DNA of 64,000 nucleotides from Amoebophrya sp. A120. Lineage: Eukaryota; Protista; Dinoflagellata. Each line of letters starts with the position of its first letter. Positions within the stretch are counted from its first letter, which is position 1. The DNA lies in NCBI GenBank assembly GCA_905178155.1, contig CAJINV010000007.1, positions 2,833,151 through 2,897,150 of the forward strand. Reading direction: 5' to 3'. The notes beneath the pieces were generated by a model that did not search any database, was not told the DNA's origin, and saw only the letters and a program-made list of their open reading frames with translations. Below are positions 1 to 11,600 of the stretch, one piece after another. The position numbers and the translations under genes are program-made.

Positions 1-543
1 TAACGAAGAAAACCACGATCATTGAAGCTCGCGGACACACACTATTGACGGCTGTGAAGAACAAAAAAAAATCCCTTACTGACGGAACGGCGAGAAGAAA
101 ACACGATTCTGAGCGAGATATTTTGTAGGTACGAGTTGAGCTTGAGGGGACAAACTGCACGAAAAAAAAAATCACGATGGAGTCATGGCTGAACGAGTTG
201 GTAGATCGATTACGATTGCATGCTGCTGTGTTTCACTTTCACATCAATTTACAACCCAGAGCCAGACGACACGAAATGATTCATTCGCAAAAAAACGACA
301 CGTTTTTCGCACGATTCCTTTTTTCGACGTTTTATTGACCAAAAAATTGAGCGGTCGAGGTCGACGACCCATAGAAAATATACTCTTCATTCTCATCGCT
401 GTTGGCTTTCGCATCAAAAAAAAAACGAACAAATAAGGATAGACCAGTTTGTCAATGTCATTCTGGCTGACGCGGCCGAAAAATGTGCAGCGAATTGAGT
501 GGGACTGGATAGACGTCGATCTAGAGCTAAGCAAACCATTTCA

Positions 544-3216
544 TCAACACAAGCTCTTGAGTGCCTGTACGATGTCGGGCTCGTTATCCGGCATCTGCTC
601 TCCTTGCGCTCTAGTTTCTGAATTTGAGTTAAAGACGGAGCAACCCCGTAGATGAAGTTGCTCACGGCCGACCCGGTTGCCTAGAGTTTCATCCATACCA
701 AAAAGCTTGCTCGCTGCCTCCCAGATCACCGCGAGTTGATTCTTCTGGTACCGCAAGTCACATGCGTGCAGGCATTGCAGTAAGGCTTTCTGGACTCGCA
801 GCCGCTGTGCTCCAGCTTCACGAGGAGTACGCCTAGCGGTGACAATAGTGTCAATAACATCCTTGTCCTGCTCTGACGGAGACGCAGAACCACTGAGTTC
901 AGCACACCGTGGGCGCTCTGGGGGCTTCCCAGAAGTTCCGCCTAGAAAAATCCTGGCTCCCCGGAACAGGGTCGCTAGCGTTTTCGTGTTCACTGCCCGT
1001 TTCAGGTTCTCTGTCGGAGTTGTTCGGGAACGGGAAGTCAACGATTCCACCGTGTCCGCAAGCCTGTCCAAAAGCGGCGAGGCATGCATCGTGAGGATTG
1101 TCGCTGCCAACTCCGTTTGCTCCCTTCCATCGTTGCTCGCGGCGAGGAAAAGCCGGCTAAGGGCATTGATGCTCTTTGCCAGTGGGGAGAGCAAAGTGGG
1201 GGAACAAGAGCTGTCAGTATCTAGTATTCCGGAAGATGCAGGAAAGTCCGCAAGATGAATTCCGATCTTCGAGAAATCAACTGAGTTTAGACACCGTTGC
1301 ACTAAAGTCTGTAGGTTGTGGTGGTTTGGTAGACAAACGTCACAGCTCGCGAAACTCCACTCAACGAAGGAAGCGCAGCAATTGAGCAGTTGCGCAACCT
1401 CCTCGGCGGTGCGGCCTTGCACAGGGTTCTGTGTACTTGATAAAGCTCGTCCCATTTCAGAAGTGCAACCAGTTGTTGTAGCATTCCTGGCTCTGTTCTT
1501 TCCGCCAGCAAGAAACACGGCCTCGAAAAGTCGCATGGTGGTTTCGAAGTTTTGCCATTTCCTTGTCAAGAACGCTGCTGACGACAATGAAGATCCAACT
1601 TCTGCTACCAGAAACAAGCCCCCGGGTCGGAGCAGGAAACTGCGCTGCGTGGGGTCCAGGCTATGGCGATGTAGCAGCACAGCCTTTTGTAATTGAAAGG
1701 CAAGGGCTTCGAATCTTTCGTCCGTTTCGTCTTTTGCGATAGCATCTCCGGGATAATCATCGAGATGAGCGTAGAGATTTCTACTAGAAGCTCCTCTCTG
1801 CTGAAAAACCGCTTTTCTTCTCTTGTGCAAAAAGCAAAACACCTCTACTCCCTCCACGATCCCAACCAAGTCACGCATTCGCCGTCGCTGCGCGTCGAGG
1901 ACCCTTGCTCTCGCGAGGACATCGTCGTGAAGGTCAACACTATTTCGCGGCGGTTTTCTCGTGCTGCGAGAATTTGTCTCGCCAACGGGGGCAACAGCTT
2001 TATCCTCGTAGTACATCTGCGGCAACTCTCTTCCATTTAGAAAAGCCGCTGGCAATACACACTTTTCCAAGTGTACAAACAACAACTTCGCGATCAGCTG
2101 GTCGCTCGACCCACAGAGCTTCGCCGTTCTGGTCTCTGGCCTCGCCAACTTCTGCACCCGGGCGCGCAGCCGGGGGAGAAACTGCAAGTCAGTGGCGGCG
2201 GCACCCTGGTCGCGGCGTCGCGGTTCTGCTGCATCCCCAACCATCTGCTGTCCACCTTGCGAAGTAGGTGTTGTCCATGCTGTTGAGCCCTCGAGATTTC
2301 TCGCGAACATCGTCTCCACCTGTTCCACATTTCTACAGCCGAGCATGAACGAACTGGAGGGAAGCAAGACGTTCAAGAGCAGAATCGTGTCCCGCGCGGT
2401 GAAGGAGTCCAGGATCATGAAAGCGCGGTTCAAAACCTTCTGCCAGGACACCTCGTCGAAGGGCCCGTGCTTCGAGAGCCGCTCCAGCAGAAACGGCAGC
2501 GCCCGGTGCCCGACCCACGCGGCGCCGCCCAGCGTGCAGTAGGACACCGGTTTGGTGGAGTAGAACGGGTCTTCAAAGTCGACGGGGAGATCGGGTCCGG
2601 CTTGTCGTGGTTGCCCGTTTTGATCGAACACTTGATGGTCCTGGGACTGGATGGTGAACAGGGGACTCACTTGCTTGTGCCTCTTCATCGGTAAATTGTT
2701 TGGAGCAGGAAGAGATATTGTTGGACCCGCTGGTGCAGTCTGAACGCTGTTCCGCCAAAAGGCGCGCCGGGGGTCAGCAGTGGAGCCAACAGAGGGGGTG
2801 GCGGGTAAAGTGAAAGGAAGTGACGACGTGCTGCCTTGTCCATTCTCCAACGGAGCTGAGGATACCTCCCCATTATATCCTTGTGGCTGTCGTTCCTCGT
2901 TCGCATCATTCGGTCTAGCGCATAAGCGCGGACTATCCTGGTCAAAAATGCTGTGGTCGCTGTCGTCCACCGGAGCCCTCCTGTAGCTGTGCAAATCTTC
3001 ATCAGCGGTGCTGGTTTCCCTAGCTATACAAGCTGCCACTTCTCCTGCATCAACGCCACTTCCGGTTGTTCCGTCAGCAGGAAATTGGTAGTCGTTCGTC
3101 TGCGCGACCCGTGGACGCCGCTTCGCAGCCCGTGTCCATGAAGAGAAGCAGGCCCGGCGGACGGACGTGGAGGTCATCCTTGTGCTGGATGCTGGGCCCA
3201 ACATTGTCACGTACAT
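544..3216 (-). CDS. Hypothetical protein (890 aa)
   Basis: Long uninterrupted ORF on the same strand as all other genes. No family motif recognised; start codon uncertain. Confidence 0.7.
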   Translation of the reverse strand: MYVTMLGPASSTRMTSTSVRRACFSSWTRAAKRRPRVAQTNDYQFPADGTTGSGVDAGEVAACIARETSTADEDLHSYRRAPVDDSDHSIFDQDSPRLCARPNDANEERQPQGYNGEVSSAPLENGQGSTSSLPFTLPATPSVGSTADPRRAFWRNSVQTAPAGPTISLPAPNNLPMKRHKQVSPLFTIQSQDHQVFDQNGQPRQAGPDLPVDFEDPFYSTKPVSYCTLGGAAWVGHRALPFLLERLSKHGPFDEVSWQKVLNRAFMILDSFTARDTILLLNVLLPSSSFMLGCRNVEQVETMFARNLEGSTAWTTPTSQGGQQMVGDAAEPRRRDQGAAATDLQFLPRLRARVQKLARPETRTAKLCGSSDQLIAKLLFVHLEKCVLPAAFLNGRELPQMYYEDKAVAPVGETNSRSTRKPPRNSVDLHDDVLARARVLDAQRRRMRDLVGIVEGVEVFCFLHKRRKAVFQQRGASSRNLYAHLDDYPGDAIAKDETDERFEALAFQLQKAVLLHRHSLDPTQRSFLLRPGGLFLVAEVGSSLSSAAFLTRKWQNFETTMRLFEAVFLAGGKNRARNATTTGCTSEMGRALSSTQNPVQGRTAEEVAQLLNCCASFVEWSFASCDVCLPNHHNLQTLVQRCLNSVDFSKIGIHLADFPASSGILDTDSSCSPTLLSPLAKSINALSRLFLAASNDGREQTELAATILTMHASPLLDRLADTVESLTSRSRTTPTENLKRAVNTKTLATLFRGARIFLGGTSGKPPERPRCAELSGSASPSEQDKDVIDTIVTARRTPREAGAQRLRVQKALLQCLHACDLRYQKNQLAVIWEAASKLFGMDETLGNRVGREQLHLRGCSVFNSNSETRAQGEQMPDNEPDIVQALKSLC

Positions 3217-3613
3217 GTTTCATCGCAGCTCTACTGTGATGGCATCGCCAGCAGTGGGTGGAACTTATGTACTGCAACTGGAACTGCTTTCGTTGAAGCG
3301 GACGACAATAAACGCTAGAAAACACCGCGCTCTTTTGGATATCTTCAAAAACAACTTCTGAAGACGATGTGCAATAATTCACGAGGCAGTACGCCCGAGG
3401 CAAAACATTCGTTGAACAGTCATTTCAACGTCGAGAGAAATCAGATGGAAGTTGAAACACTAGCTGCTCCTGGAGAACCAAATTAGGCGCATAGATCAAC
3501 GAGGAGCGACCCTGGTTCTGTAGTTTCTTCCACAACATAGATTTCCGTCATTCTGTACTTATTCGTTCTTGTCGCGACATCTTCCATTTTTGTTTTCGAG
3601 GGGTACTCCATCC

Positions 3614-4498
3614 CTAGAGTTTCACCCGCACATCATTGGGCGCACCCGCAAAGCCCCTTTGAAAAACCAGCAAAAAGTTATTCGCGGGCATTTCGTGGAT
3701 TTTTTCCATCAGAAACCCGGCTCCGTTCGCCAATTTCTCCACGTCCTCCACATCGCGATAGCCCCAGCTGGGGTTCCTCTGCCGCAAATCCGCATCAAAA
3801 TCCCGGTTAGATTCTGTCGTGAAGGCATTATTGCGTCGAAACGGCCCGTAGATGAGAACCACTTTGGAGGATTCTCCCGCCGCAAGAACAGAGGCACTAT
3901 TTGATCCCCCGCCCTCTTTCAGCATCGTTTTTGGCACAACCTTCTTCCAAAAGTTTTCCGTCGCCTCCCATTCACTGATATGCGTGAAATTGCACGCGAA
4001 GAGGATGTCATACGGGTGCGCCATACTTGTGAGGGCACTGTCATCTCCCTGTGTTGTTGCAGTTGCGCCACTTCCAAACAGTGAGGAGCTTTCCACTTGT
4101 AACAGATCCAACACCTTTGGCTCCGCGACCACCACATTGCCCTTGGCTACGGAAGTAGTTGATGTTGACCCGTCTTCTTTAAATCCCGCACTTGGCGGAG
4201 GTGCAAAGATCCTGGCGACCATTCCCTCGTCCTTTTCGGTCTGCTGATACAATACCATTGCGGTTTGGCCTGCAGCTGTTGCTGGCGTGCTGCGCGGTTC
4301 CGCTTTCGCAACAATCTCGTGGCATTTCTCCGCAAAAAGCTCCGCGTGCGCCCCCGTGCCGGCAGCAACTTCGAGAACACGAAGAGGCAAACAAGCTCTT
4401 TCTGTTTTTGAGGAAAGCAACTCCACAAAATAGGGCTCGAGCTTCTCCCAAATCGGTCCGCGGTTGCGGAGGGACGCCGGATGGTGCTCGACAGCCAT
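3614..4498 (-). CDS. DUF938 / METTL26-like SAM-dependent methyltransferase
   Basis: Motifs PASLRNRGPI, VLEVAAGTGAH (SAM binding), IYGPF, SNRDFDADLRQRNPSWGYRD and EMPANN are typical of DUF938. ATG at 4498 (MAVEHH) chosen as the start. Confidence 0.88.
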   Translation of the reverse strand: MAVEHHPASLRNRGPIWEKLEPYFVELLSSKTERACLPLRVLEVAAGTGAHAELFAEKCHEIVAKAEPRSTPATAAGQTAMVLYQQTEKDEGMVARIFAPPPSAGFKEDGSTSTTSVAKGNVVVAEPKVLDLLQVESSSLFGSGATATTQGDDSALTSMAHPYDILFACNFTHISEWEATENFWKKVVPKTMLKEGGGSNSASVLAAGESSKVVLIYGPFRRNNAFTTESNRDFDADLRQRNPSWGYRDVEDVEKLANGAGFLMEKIHEMPANNFLLVFQRGFAGAPNDVRVKL

Positions 4499-5249
4499 TT
4501 TTGGGATTGATGAAGCAGGTTTCAAAATGAAATTTGGGAAAAGCTGTGCGGTGTTCGTGTGCAGATTGTTGTAAAATGGTAAGCCAATAAACCGGAGACA
4601 GGAAAGACTCTTTTTGGGATGATTGCTGTGGTAAAACATCAACTGCAACTTGCTTGAGAAAACTTTGCTTCTGTAGTAGAACTGTTTCTCTTTCTGTACT
4701 AGAGACGCATATTACTAGTTGGAAAAACTACAAACAGCTCGTACGAAAGCTAAGGCTATGCCGAAGATAATACTCTAACATGCCAGAGTTTGAAATTTAC
4801 GCTATAGGCAAAGTACTTGAACGGATCACTTTGATCGTCCTGCCGATGCCTTCAACGAACCGCACGGAAAGCCACGGTGTTGGCAGCCTCTGATCGCCTT
4901 CAACTTCAAGTACGAAGACGCCTTCAAGTATACATCAACTGTCCACCTCCGGATCACGGACTCATCGCAACTGACCTTTACTTCTTTTAGCGGATCTTCC
5001 ACCTTCTCCTCGATCTTCAGTTACTTCTTTGTGTCTAAGCCTCTTGAACACAAAAGTTTTGCACGAGTCTTAAAATCAGTCGTACACATAAATTTATTGA
5101 CTTTAGTCGCTTCCCGCAGCACAGTAGCTTACATTCAGCACTTTCTCTTTCTGGTCGTTTTTCTTTGTCGCTATCGAGAAAGAGAATAAATCTAGGACGG
5201 CATGACTGTGAAGAAACTTGTCCTTTGGTAGGAGCGGCTTCTGCGGCTC

Positions 5250-8126
5250 TTACCGAGCATCACCTCCGAACGCGTTTTCAAACAGCTGACAAACCTGGCT
5301 CGGTGTTGCCCCATCCTGTTCCAGATAGAACTCTTCCAAAATATTGCCGACAGTCTTCAACTCCTCGACTACGCCAAACCCCAACTCCCATTGCCCGTGC
5401 ACATACGTCGAGGCGAATTCCGCCCGTCGCCTTCTCTTCGCGGTTATTGTTTTCGCCATTTTTGTTGTGTTGAGATCCAAATTATGATCTTTTCCCTCTG
5501 CGTTAAAAGCTTCTCCACCGCTCGGACTGCTATTCAGAAACTCGACGTAGTTTCCCGTCCGCCGTCGCAGAACGAACTCCTCGCTCGAATGAACAAGCGT
5601 CTCTTCTGCCTGCGCTGTTTTTGCCTCATCAAAGCACGGCAGCTTCTTTGTTTTCTCGTAGAAGCACTGGGCCAGCTGCTCGAAGGCGTGGAAAATCGCC
5701 TCCCCAACGGGACAGCCTTCGCCGTCGCTGGGCGTTTTGTCGTAGTGCACATGGAGAAAAAGAGCGAGGAGGGCGAGGGGGATTTCTCGGGTGGTATCAC
5801 ATGAGGAAGATGAAGCCGTCGCTTTTGATGCGCGTGAGTTTGTCTGAACGGGAAGCACAAATGTATCGGGATGCTGGACTTGATGTTTCTGAATGTCGTC
5901 ATCTGCAGCACTTTTTACGACATTTCCTTCTGACGAAGCCGGGGACGCTTCTACGCCTTCTTCCTTCGAGAACATCCAAAATTCCGCTGCTCGCCGTGCG
6001 ATGTCGATAATCGCAGAAGCCTGCATCGCAGTGCTCGCTCCTCCTTCCGCCGGTTGTTCTCCCGCAAGTCTCCCTGCGTTCGCCTGTCGTGGCAAGTCGT
6101 TGTTCTCACCACGATTACCTGCTTCCATCTTCCGCCCACAACTTTTCTTCAAGAAGAACGGCCCGACGGAAATTCGCGGGTATTCCACCTTCAGGATTTT
6201 GGGTCTCTGCGAACTTTTCGACCCGTCATAGGTGCTCGACTTACTGGAATCGCTGCGGGTGTCGTTCCTTGCAGTTCCAGTCCGTTCGTCCGTCGTTTGC
6301 GTTTCACCTTCCTCGGACAGACAGTAAGCTTTCGGAAATTTGCGCAGAATCTGGTCGAATTTCGCCTTCTCCTTCACCTCTACGGTGACGCGTAGCTGCA
6401 TGCAGTCGAAACAATTATTCTCAATTGTAAAGCCGAACCCGAGCAAGAGCTCCTCATTTCCCTTCGGTCCGTAGTTGTTGAAAACTTCCTGGCCCGGCTG
6501 GAGCTCCAGCTCGAAAGTATCGGCTTGCTCAGGCTTCACACACAGAACCACGTCCGCGTCTTCTGTAGTAGTTTTGGCTGATAGGACTGTGTTTCGACCA
6601 CTTGCTTCCACCGTACTACTTTGTTCGTTTCTTTTTTTATCCCCACTTACAACATCCTCGTCGAATAAACACCCCATCAGAGTCCGTTTCTTCCTTTGCG
6701 AGGAAGACGGTTGCTCCAGTTCTTGCAGCACCGCGGGCGAAATCTCAGCTGCCTGATTTTGGTCTTCTTGATGCCCGGCGCCCGTCGTCGATGCTTGCAG
6801 TTCTTTTGCCTTGTTCTCGAAATAGCGACAGACCTCAACAGGGTTATCCACCGCCTTGTGGTTAAAAACATCGATCAGGGGGAGCATGACCGGGCAAGTT
6901 GAATTCTTCTTCAAAGCCGCCGTAAACGCGCGCGACGTGTAGACCGACCGTGCCCACTTCCACTCCTCGAGGCAAATCCCATACTGGGGAAAAGCGAAGG
7001 TGTCGACCTGGCACTTCAAGATTTCGACCAGCCGGGTGGTTTCCAGTAGCAAGTTCGTCTGCGGCAGAAACTGGTGCAAATCCTCCGTGCTCCAGTGCGT
7101 AGGGTCGTCGGGGCCGAAATCGGAGTCAGGGTCGTGGTCGTTTATCTGCGGTTTTGCACTTTGTTCGTAGTCACAGGTGCTGCTGGTAGAAGAGGAACCA
7201 GCGGGCGTGGGATTTTTAGCCATGCCAGTCGCGCCATCGCGGTCCTCAGAAGGTGGTGGTGGTGATGGTGCTCCTGCTCCTCCAGACGCTGCAGTGCAAA
7301 TCTTTCGAACCTTCGCCTCCGGCTGCATGTCGTCGTGATGGACTTTTCCTTGCTTGTTTTTACTCAACTCCTCTTCGCCCGAAAAACCTTCTTTTCTCCC
7401 TTCTGCCCCGTAAACAATCGGCGGCAGACTCTGGATGTACCCGCCGTATTCTCTTGATTCCAGCCGTCCGGTCTTTACCATGACCAGAAAGACCCACAGG
7501 TCCTGCACGCCCGACCAATTCTCCAGCTCCTTTGGCGGCTGCTTCCGGCAGCACTCTGGGAGGTCATTGCACGACAGAATCGCATTTGCCGGAATCTTCG
7601 CAAAGAAAGGGCTGTCGGTCTCGAAGGAGGTGGTTGAAGCAGGATCACAAAACTTCCCCAAGTCTTCCCTCACCCGAATGTGCATCCCCTTTTCTTTTGT
7701 GAACGCGACTTCCAGGTAATTCGGCAACTCGCATTTCTTCTCGGCCAGCCACGCTTTCAAGATTTCCAAGCGCTGCTGCGGTGAAGTTGTACTACTTCTA
7801 GCTGGTGCAACTACAGAAGGTCTCGTGTTCTTCACAGGAGGATTGTCAGGGACAGACGCGGATGCTTGTCGTGGTCGTGATCCTTTTTCATCTTTATCCT
7901 CCTCTTTCATCTCCGAGGAAGCTTTCCTAGTCGCTTGTTCGTCCATTGCGTCTGTCGGAGGGGTGGGCGGGGTCGCGGTCAGGACGTGTTCTTCTTGGTC
8001 CTCCGCCTCTTCACTGGTTGGTCGTTTAGTCACACTTGTGTCGAGCGTTTTCGCGGCTGAAGACGCAGACGGAGTCGTGCTGGTAACCACGCCCACTCCA
8101 GAGCTTACATCCGCGGCGGTAGGCAT
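5250..8126 (-). CDS. SET-domain protein-lysine methyltransferase (Rubisco LSMT/SETD3/SETD6-like class)
   Basis: 958-aa ORF with WARSVYTSRAF, MLPLIDVFNH and GQEVFNNYGPKGNEELLLGFGF SET motifs separated by low-complexity inserts. Confidence 0.85.
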   Translation of the reverse strand: MPTAADVSSGVGVVTSTTPSASSAAKTLDTSVTKRPTSEEAEDQEEHVLTATPPTPPTDAMDEQATRKASSEMKEEDKDEKGSRPRQASASVPDNPPVKNTRPSVVAPARSSTTSPQQRLEILKAWLAEKKCELPNYLEVAFTKEKGMHIRVREDLGKFCDPASTTSFETDSPFFAKIPANAILSCNDLPECCRKQPPKELENWSGVQDLWVFLVMVKTGRLESREYGGYIQSLPPIVYGAEGRKEGFSGEEELSKNKQGKVHHDDMQPEAKVRKICTAASGGAGAPSPPPPSEDRDGATGMAKNPTPAGSSSTSSTCDYEQSAKPQINDHDPDSDFGPDDPTHWSTEDLHQFLPQTNLLLETTRLVEILKCQVDTFAFPQYGICLEEWKWARSVYTSRAFTAALKKNSTCPVMLPLIDVFNHKAVDNPVEVCRYFENKAKELQASTTGAGHQEDQNQAAEISPAVLQELEQPSSSQRKKRTLMGCLFDEDVVSGDKKRNEQSSTVEASGRNTVLSAKTTTEDADVVLCVKPEQADTFELELQPGQEVFNNYGPKGNEELLLGFGFTIENNCFDCMQLRVTVEVKEKAKFDQILRKFPKAYCLSEEGETQTTDERTGTARNDTRSDSSKSSTYDGSKSSQRPKILKVEYPRISVGPFFLKKSCGRKMEAGNRGENNDLPRQANAGRLAGEQPAEGGASTAMQASAIIDIARRAAEFWMFSKEEGVEASPASSEGNVVKSAADDDIQKHQVQHPDTFVLPVQTNSRASKATASSSSCDTTREIPLALLALFLHVHYDKTPSDGEGCPVGEAIFHAFEQLAQCFYEKTKKLPCFDEAKTAQAEETLVHSSEEFVLRRRTGNYVEFLNSSPSGGEAFNAEGKDHNLDLNTTKMAKTITAKRRRRAEFASTYVHGQWELGFGVVEELKTVGNILEEFYLEQDGATPSQVCQLFENAFGGDAR

Positions 8127-8698
8127 GATTGACCACGGGGATGCTTTTTCGTAAAAATTGCGATCGAGAAGGGCGGAAAGACTAAAACAAGATTTCTACC
8201 GCGAAGACACCAGCCGACGGAGCATATGAGAAAATACAGGTTGCCTCAAGGGGTCATGTATTCCTCGCTGAGTCTCACTGGCGCTTCCGAATCTTGACGA
8301 AAAATTTTGATGTCGCTGGGTGTGGACCTGTGGTGGGAAATAAATGCTCACATGATACGAGAGATCATTCATTCTGGTTTGATCTTCAAGATCACAAGAT
8401 CAGAGAGAACTGAGGGGATCATCGACATGGTGAACTCTATTTCTTCAAAGAGCATCTTCAGATCGATTGGACCTCCATTTTCCGCCATGAATTCGGTTTT
8501 GGAGTAAAGATCCCAGAATGCAAATTTTGATCTTGTCCATCTTACCAGAACACCGCCATGGGCATCTGGTAGTCGGAAAAGATGCCTGCCCTGCTTGTGT
8601 AGTTAATGTTCCTGCGCCACTGAAATATTTCATACGTGTAGCAATTCGCATTTCATGCGCTGTGGCCTATTAGCTTTAGCTATCAAGTTATCTCTTCT

Positions 8699-11600
8699 TC
8701 ACAAATAAAGCAAATCGTTTTCGTATCCGTCCAGCAGCGCCGGCTGCTGCAGCTCGTCGGTGTTCGAAAGGACTTCGAGCATCGCGCTACTTTGCTCGTC
8801 CGGCGTGACCGCTAGTTCGGGTTCGAAAATGAGGCTCTGCTATCAACTGTAAAAATGTCTGGGTCTGGAAGAATCCACATTGTCATGCTGATTTTGGATT
8901 CTAAAAAAATCTGTATTGCATGAGCAGCAAAGAGAGTCCAAGTTTTGCTAGACGGACAGAGCATTTGTCGTGCGGTATAGGCCTCAGGAAGCCCTCACGA
9001 AGTCTGTGATGCTAGGGCAAGCATCACAGACAGCAGGAGTCATGCAAAATGTGCATGACAAACCTGGCAATCTTCCAGACCCAGACATTTTTACATTTGA
9101 TATCTGCCGCATGCTCGCGATCTGTTTCTTCGCGAACGCGGCCGCCGACTTGGTGGATTGCTTTTCCCCCTTTGGATTCAGCATGTCCAGCCGCGCCTTC
9201 TTCTCCTCCTCCGCCAGCTGGTCCGCGAAGTGTTGAAACTTTCGCATCAAATCCTCCATTATCTTCAAATGCAAAAGTGTCTGGGTCTGGAAGAGTGCGC
9301 GATTTGTCATGCAGCTTTTCCATGACCCATGAGGCCTGGAATGCAGGACCTAGCATGACAGATTCTGTGCGATCTCTCTCATGCCTATCCTGCATGAGAA
9401 ACTCCCTCCCGACTTGGTCAAAACTAGACGACTTTTGGTAATCATGCAACACAGATTTTTGCATGCTTCAGATTTAGCATGACAAGTTGCATTCTTAATC
9501 CAGACCCAGACATTTTTACATTTGATATCCATCGTCTCCAGCGCCTCGATCGCCTTTTTTGCCCCGGTTTCCAGCGTCGTCTCCACGTCTTGCGCGTACG
9601 ACTCGTAATCCTTCGTCGGCGGCTGGCAATTGCCCTCGTTCACGTCGCCGGTAGTGGGATCAAATTTCACCGCCGGGTTCTTCGAGCCACCTCCGCTATA
9701 AGTACCACCGAACGCAGAAGATGATGCACCTCCAGCGCCGGCCTGGTCTTTCTGGTCGTCGTAAATCCTTTTCAGCTCCCGCGCGTGAGCGTTCTTCAAG
9801 TGAGTGATCTCCTGCTCCGCCTTCTCCAGCTTCTCCGCGTCTGAATCTGTCGGGGAGTACTTTACCGGGGAAGGGTTTTGCACGCTATCAGCCGACGAAC
9901 CGCTTTGTCTGTTCTTTTGATCTTCCTTTTCATCGGCCTTTTTATCCTCGTCCGGCTTCTCTCCAGCAGAACCTTGTAGATTTTCTTGCTGTTGGATCTG
10001 CAACTCCGAAAACCCCCTGGCAGGGTCCACGACCGCGCAGGGGTCCGCGAAGTCGTGCTCCAATTCCGGAGTGACGGAGTATAAAAAATCGGGGAGAACC
10101 AGATAATGGTCCAGCTTGTTCTTCTTCGACGTTCTTGTACTTGCATCCAAGAGTGAAGATTCTTCGGCGAAAGAAGAGGAGGACAAAGGGAGTAACCCCG
10201 TTTCGTCTCCACTGTCGCCTGTTTTCCCTCCGGCGTCGCTCCCCGCAGCCACGGCTACCTCCCACATCCCATCTTCCCCTTCTTTGTCGTTCCACCTCCG
10301 GTATCAAATGTAAAAATGTCTGGGTCTGGAAGAATGCGCGACTTGTCATGCAGCTTTTCCATGACCCATGAGGTCTGGAATGCAGGACCTAACATGACAG
10401 ATTCTGTGCGATCTTTCTCATGCCTATCCTGCATCAGAAACTGCCTCCCGACTTGGTCAAAACTGGACGACTTTTGGTAATCATGCAACACAGATTTTTG
10501 CATGCTTCAGATTTAGCATGACAAGTTGCGTTCTTCCAGACCCAGACATTTTTACATTTGATATCCGGAGCTGTGCTTGGTTGTTATTCAGTTTGCTCCC
10601 CGCCCTCTGGTTCTCCTCGGACGCGTAGCTCGCCTTCTCCGTCGGAATTCCGCACATCAGCACGGCGTCACCCGGCCGGAAAGTCCGCGTTGTACTAGAG
10701 GCACTGGCGTTATTTTTATCCAATTGCTCCCCGGAGAGCAGTTCCGCGCGCTTTGTCTCCAAAACTTCCTTCAAACTGGCCATCTCGCTATCATCGTGCA
10801 AACAGAGCTCGATCGCGTACGGAAAAATTTTGTCCACCTCGCGCTGCCCATTCGGGGCGTTCTCCGACGAGAACGCGTTCTGTTCCAGCTTCGCGTGCAG
10901 CTGCGTTCGCGTTTCTTCCGGCAACAACGTGAAGGCGGTGGACAACTGCGACGCGAGGGCATTTGCGTCGAATCCTTGTTTATCGAAGTTATTTATTGGG
11001 CTATTTATCCCCCCTGAAGATGCAGTAGTTCTGCTCTTCGGGAAGAGGGGGAGCTGCTGCTTTTTACTTTTGCCATTTCCTGCTGCAATTTTCTTCAACA
11101 GCTCCGTGTAGTAAAACACCCTGTTGGTGAAGTCGTCCCCGTCGCCCGCGTAAAAAACATTCTCGTTAGATGACCCATCATCAGTCTGCCCTTCGTCCAA
11201 CTCGCAGTTCGTGACGGGCTTCAGCTGTAGCAACAACGCGTGGGCGCTGTGCTCCCTGATGTCCTCCGGCGTTTCGCTTACGTCGGTCGAGTGGCAGTTC
11301 GCACCGCAGCGCTGCACCGGATCGGTGCGCTTTGGACCGTCATCTGCGAAGGAAGCAAGCCGCTTGTTCGTGGTTTTATGATGGTGTTGTTCGACGAAAG
11401 AGGAGGAAATTTGTGTTGGAGATGGAGTTCTACTTGCGAGCTCCGGATCATAATTACCTCCGACATATTCGCTTTCCTTGTGCTGCCGCTTCAAAAGAAA
11501 CGATTCCGCAAGCTCCTCATACGAGTCGTGCTTCGGATCGTGGTGGTGCTGGTGCACTTGATTTATTTCGTGCCTCTGTTGCTTGTGTTGGTTGCTGATG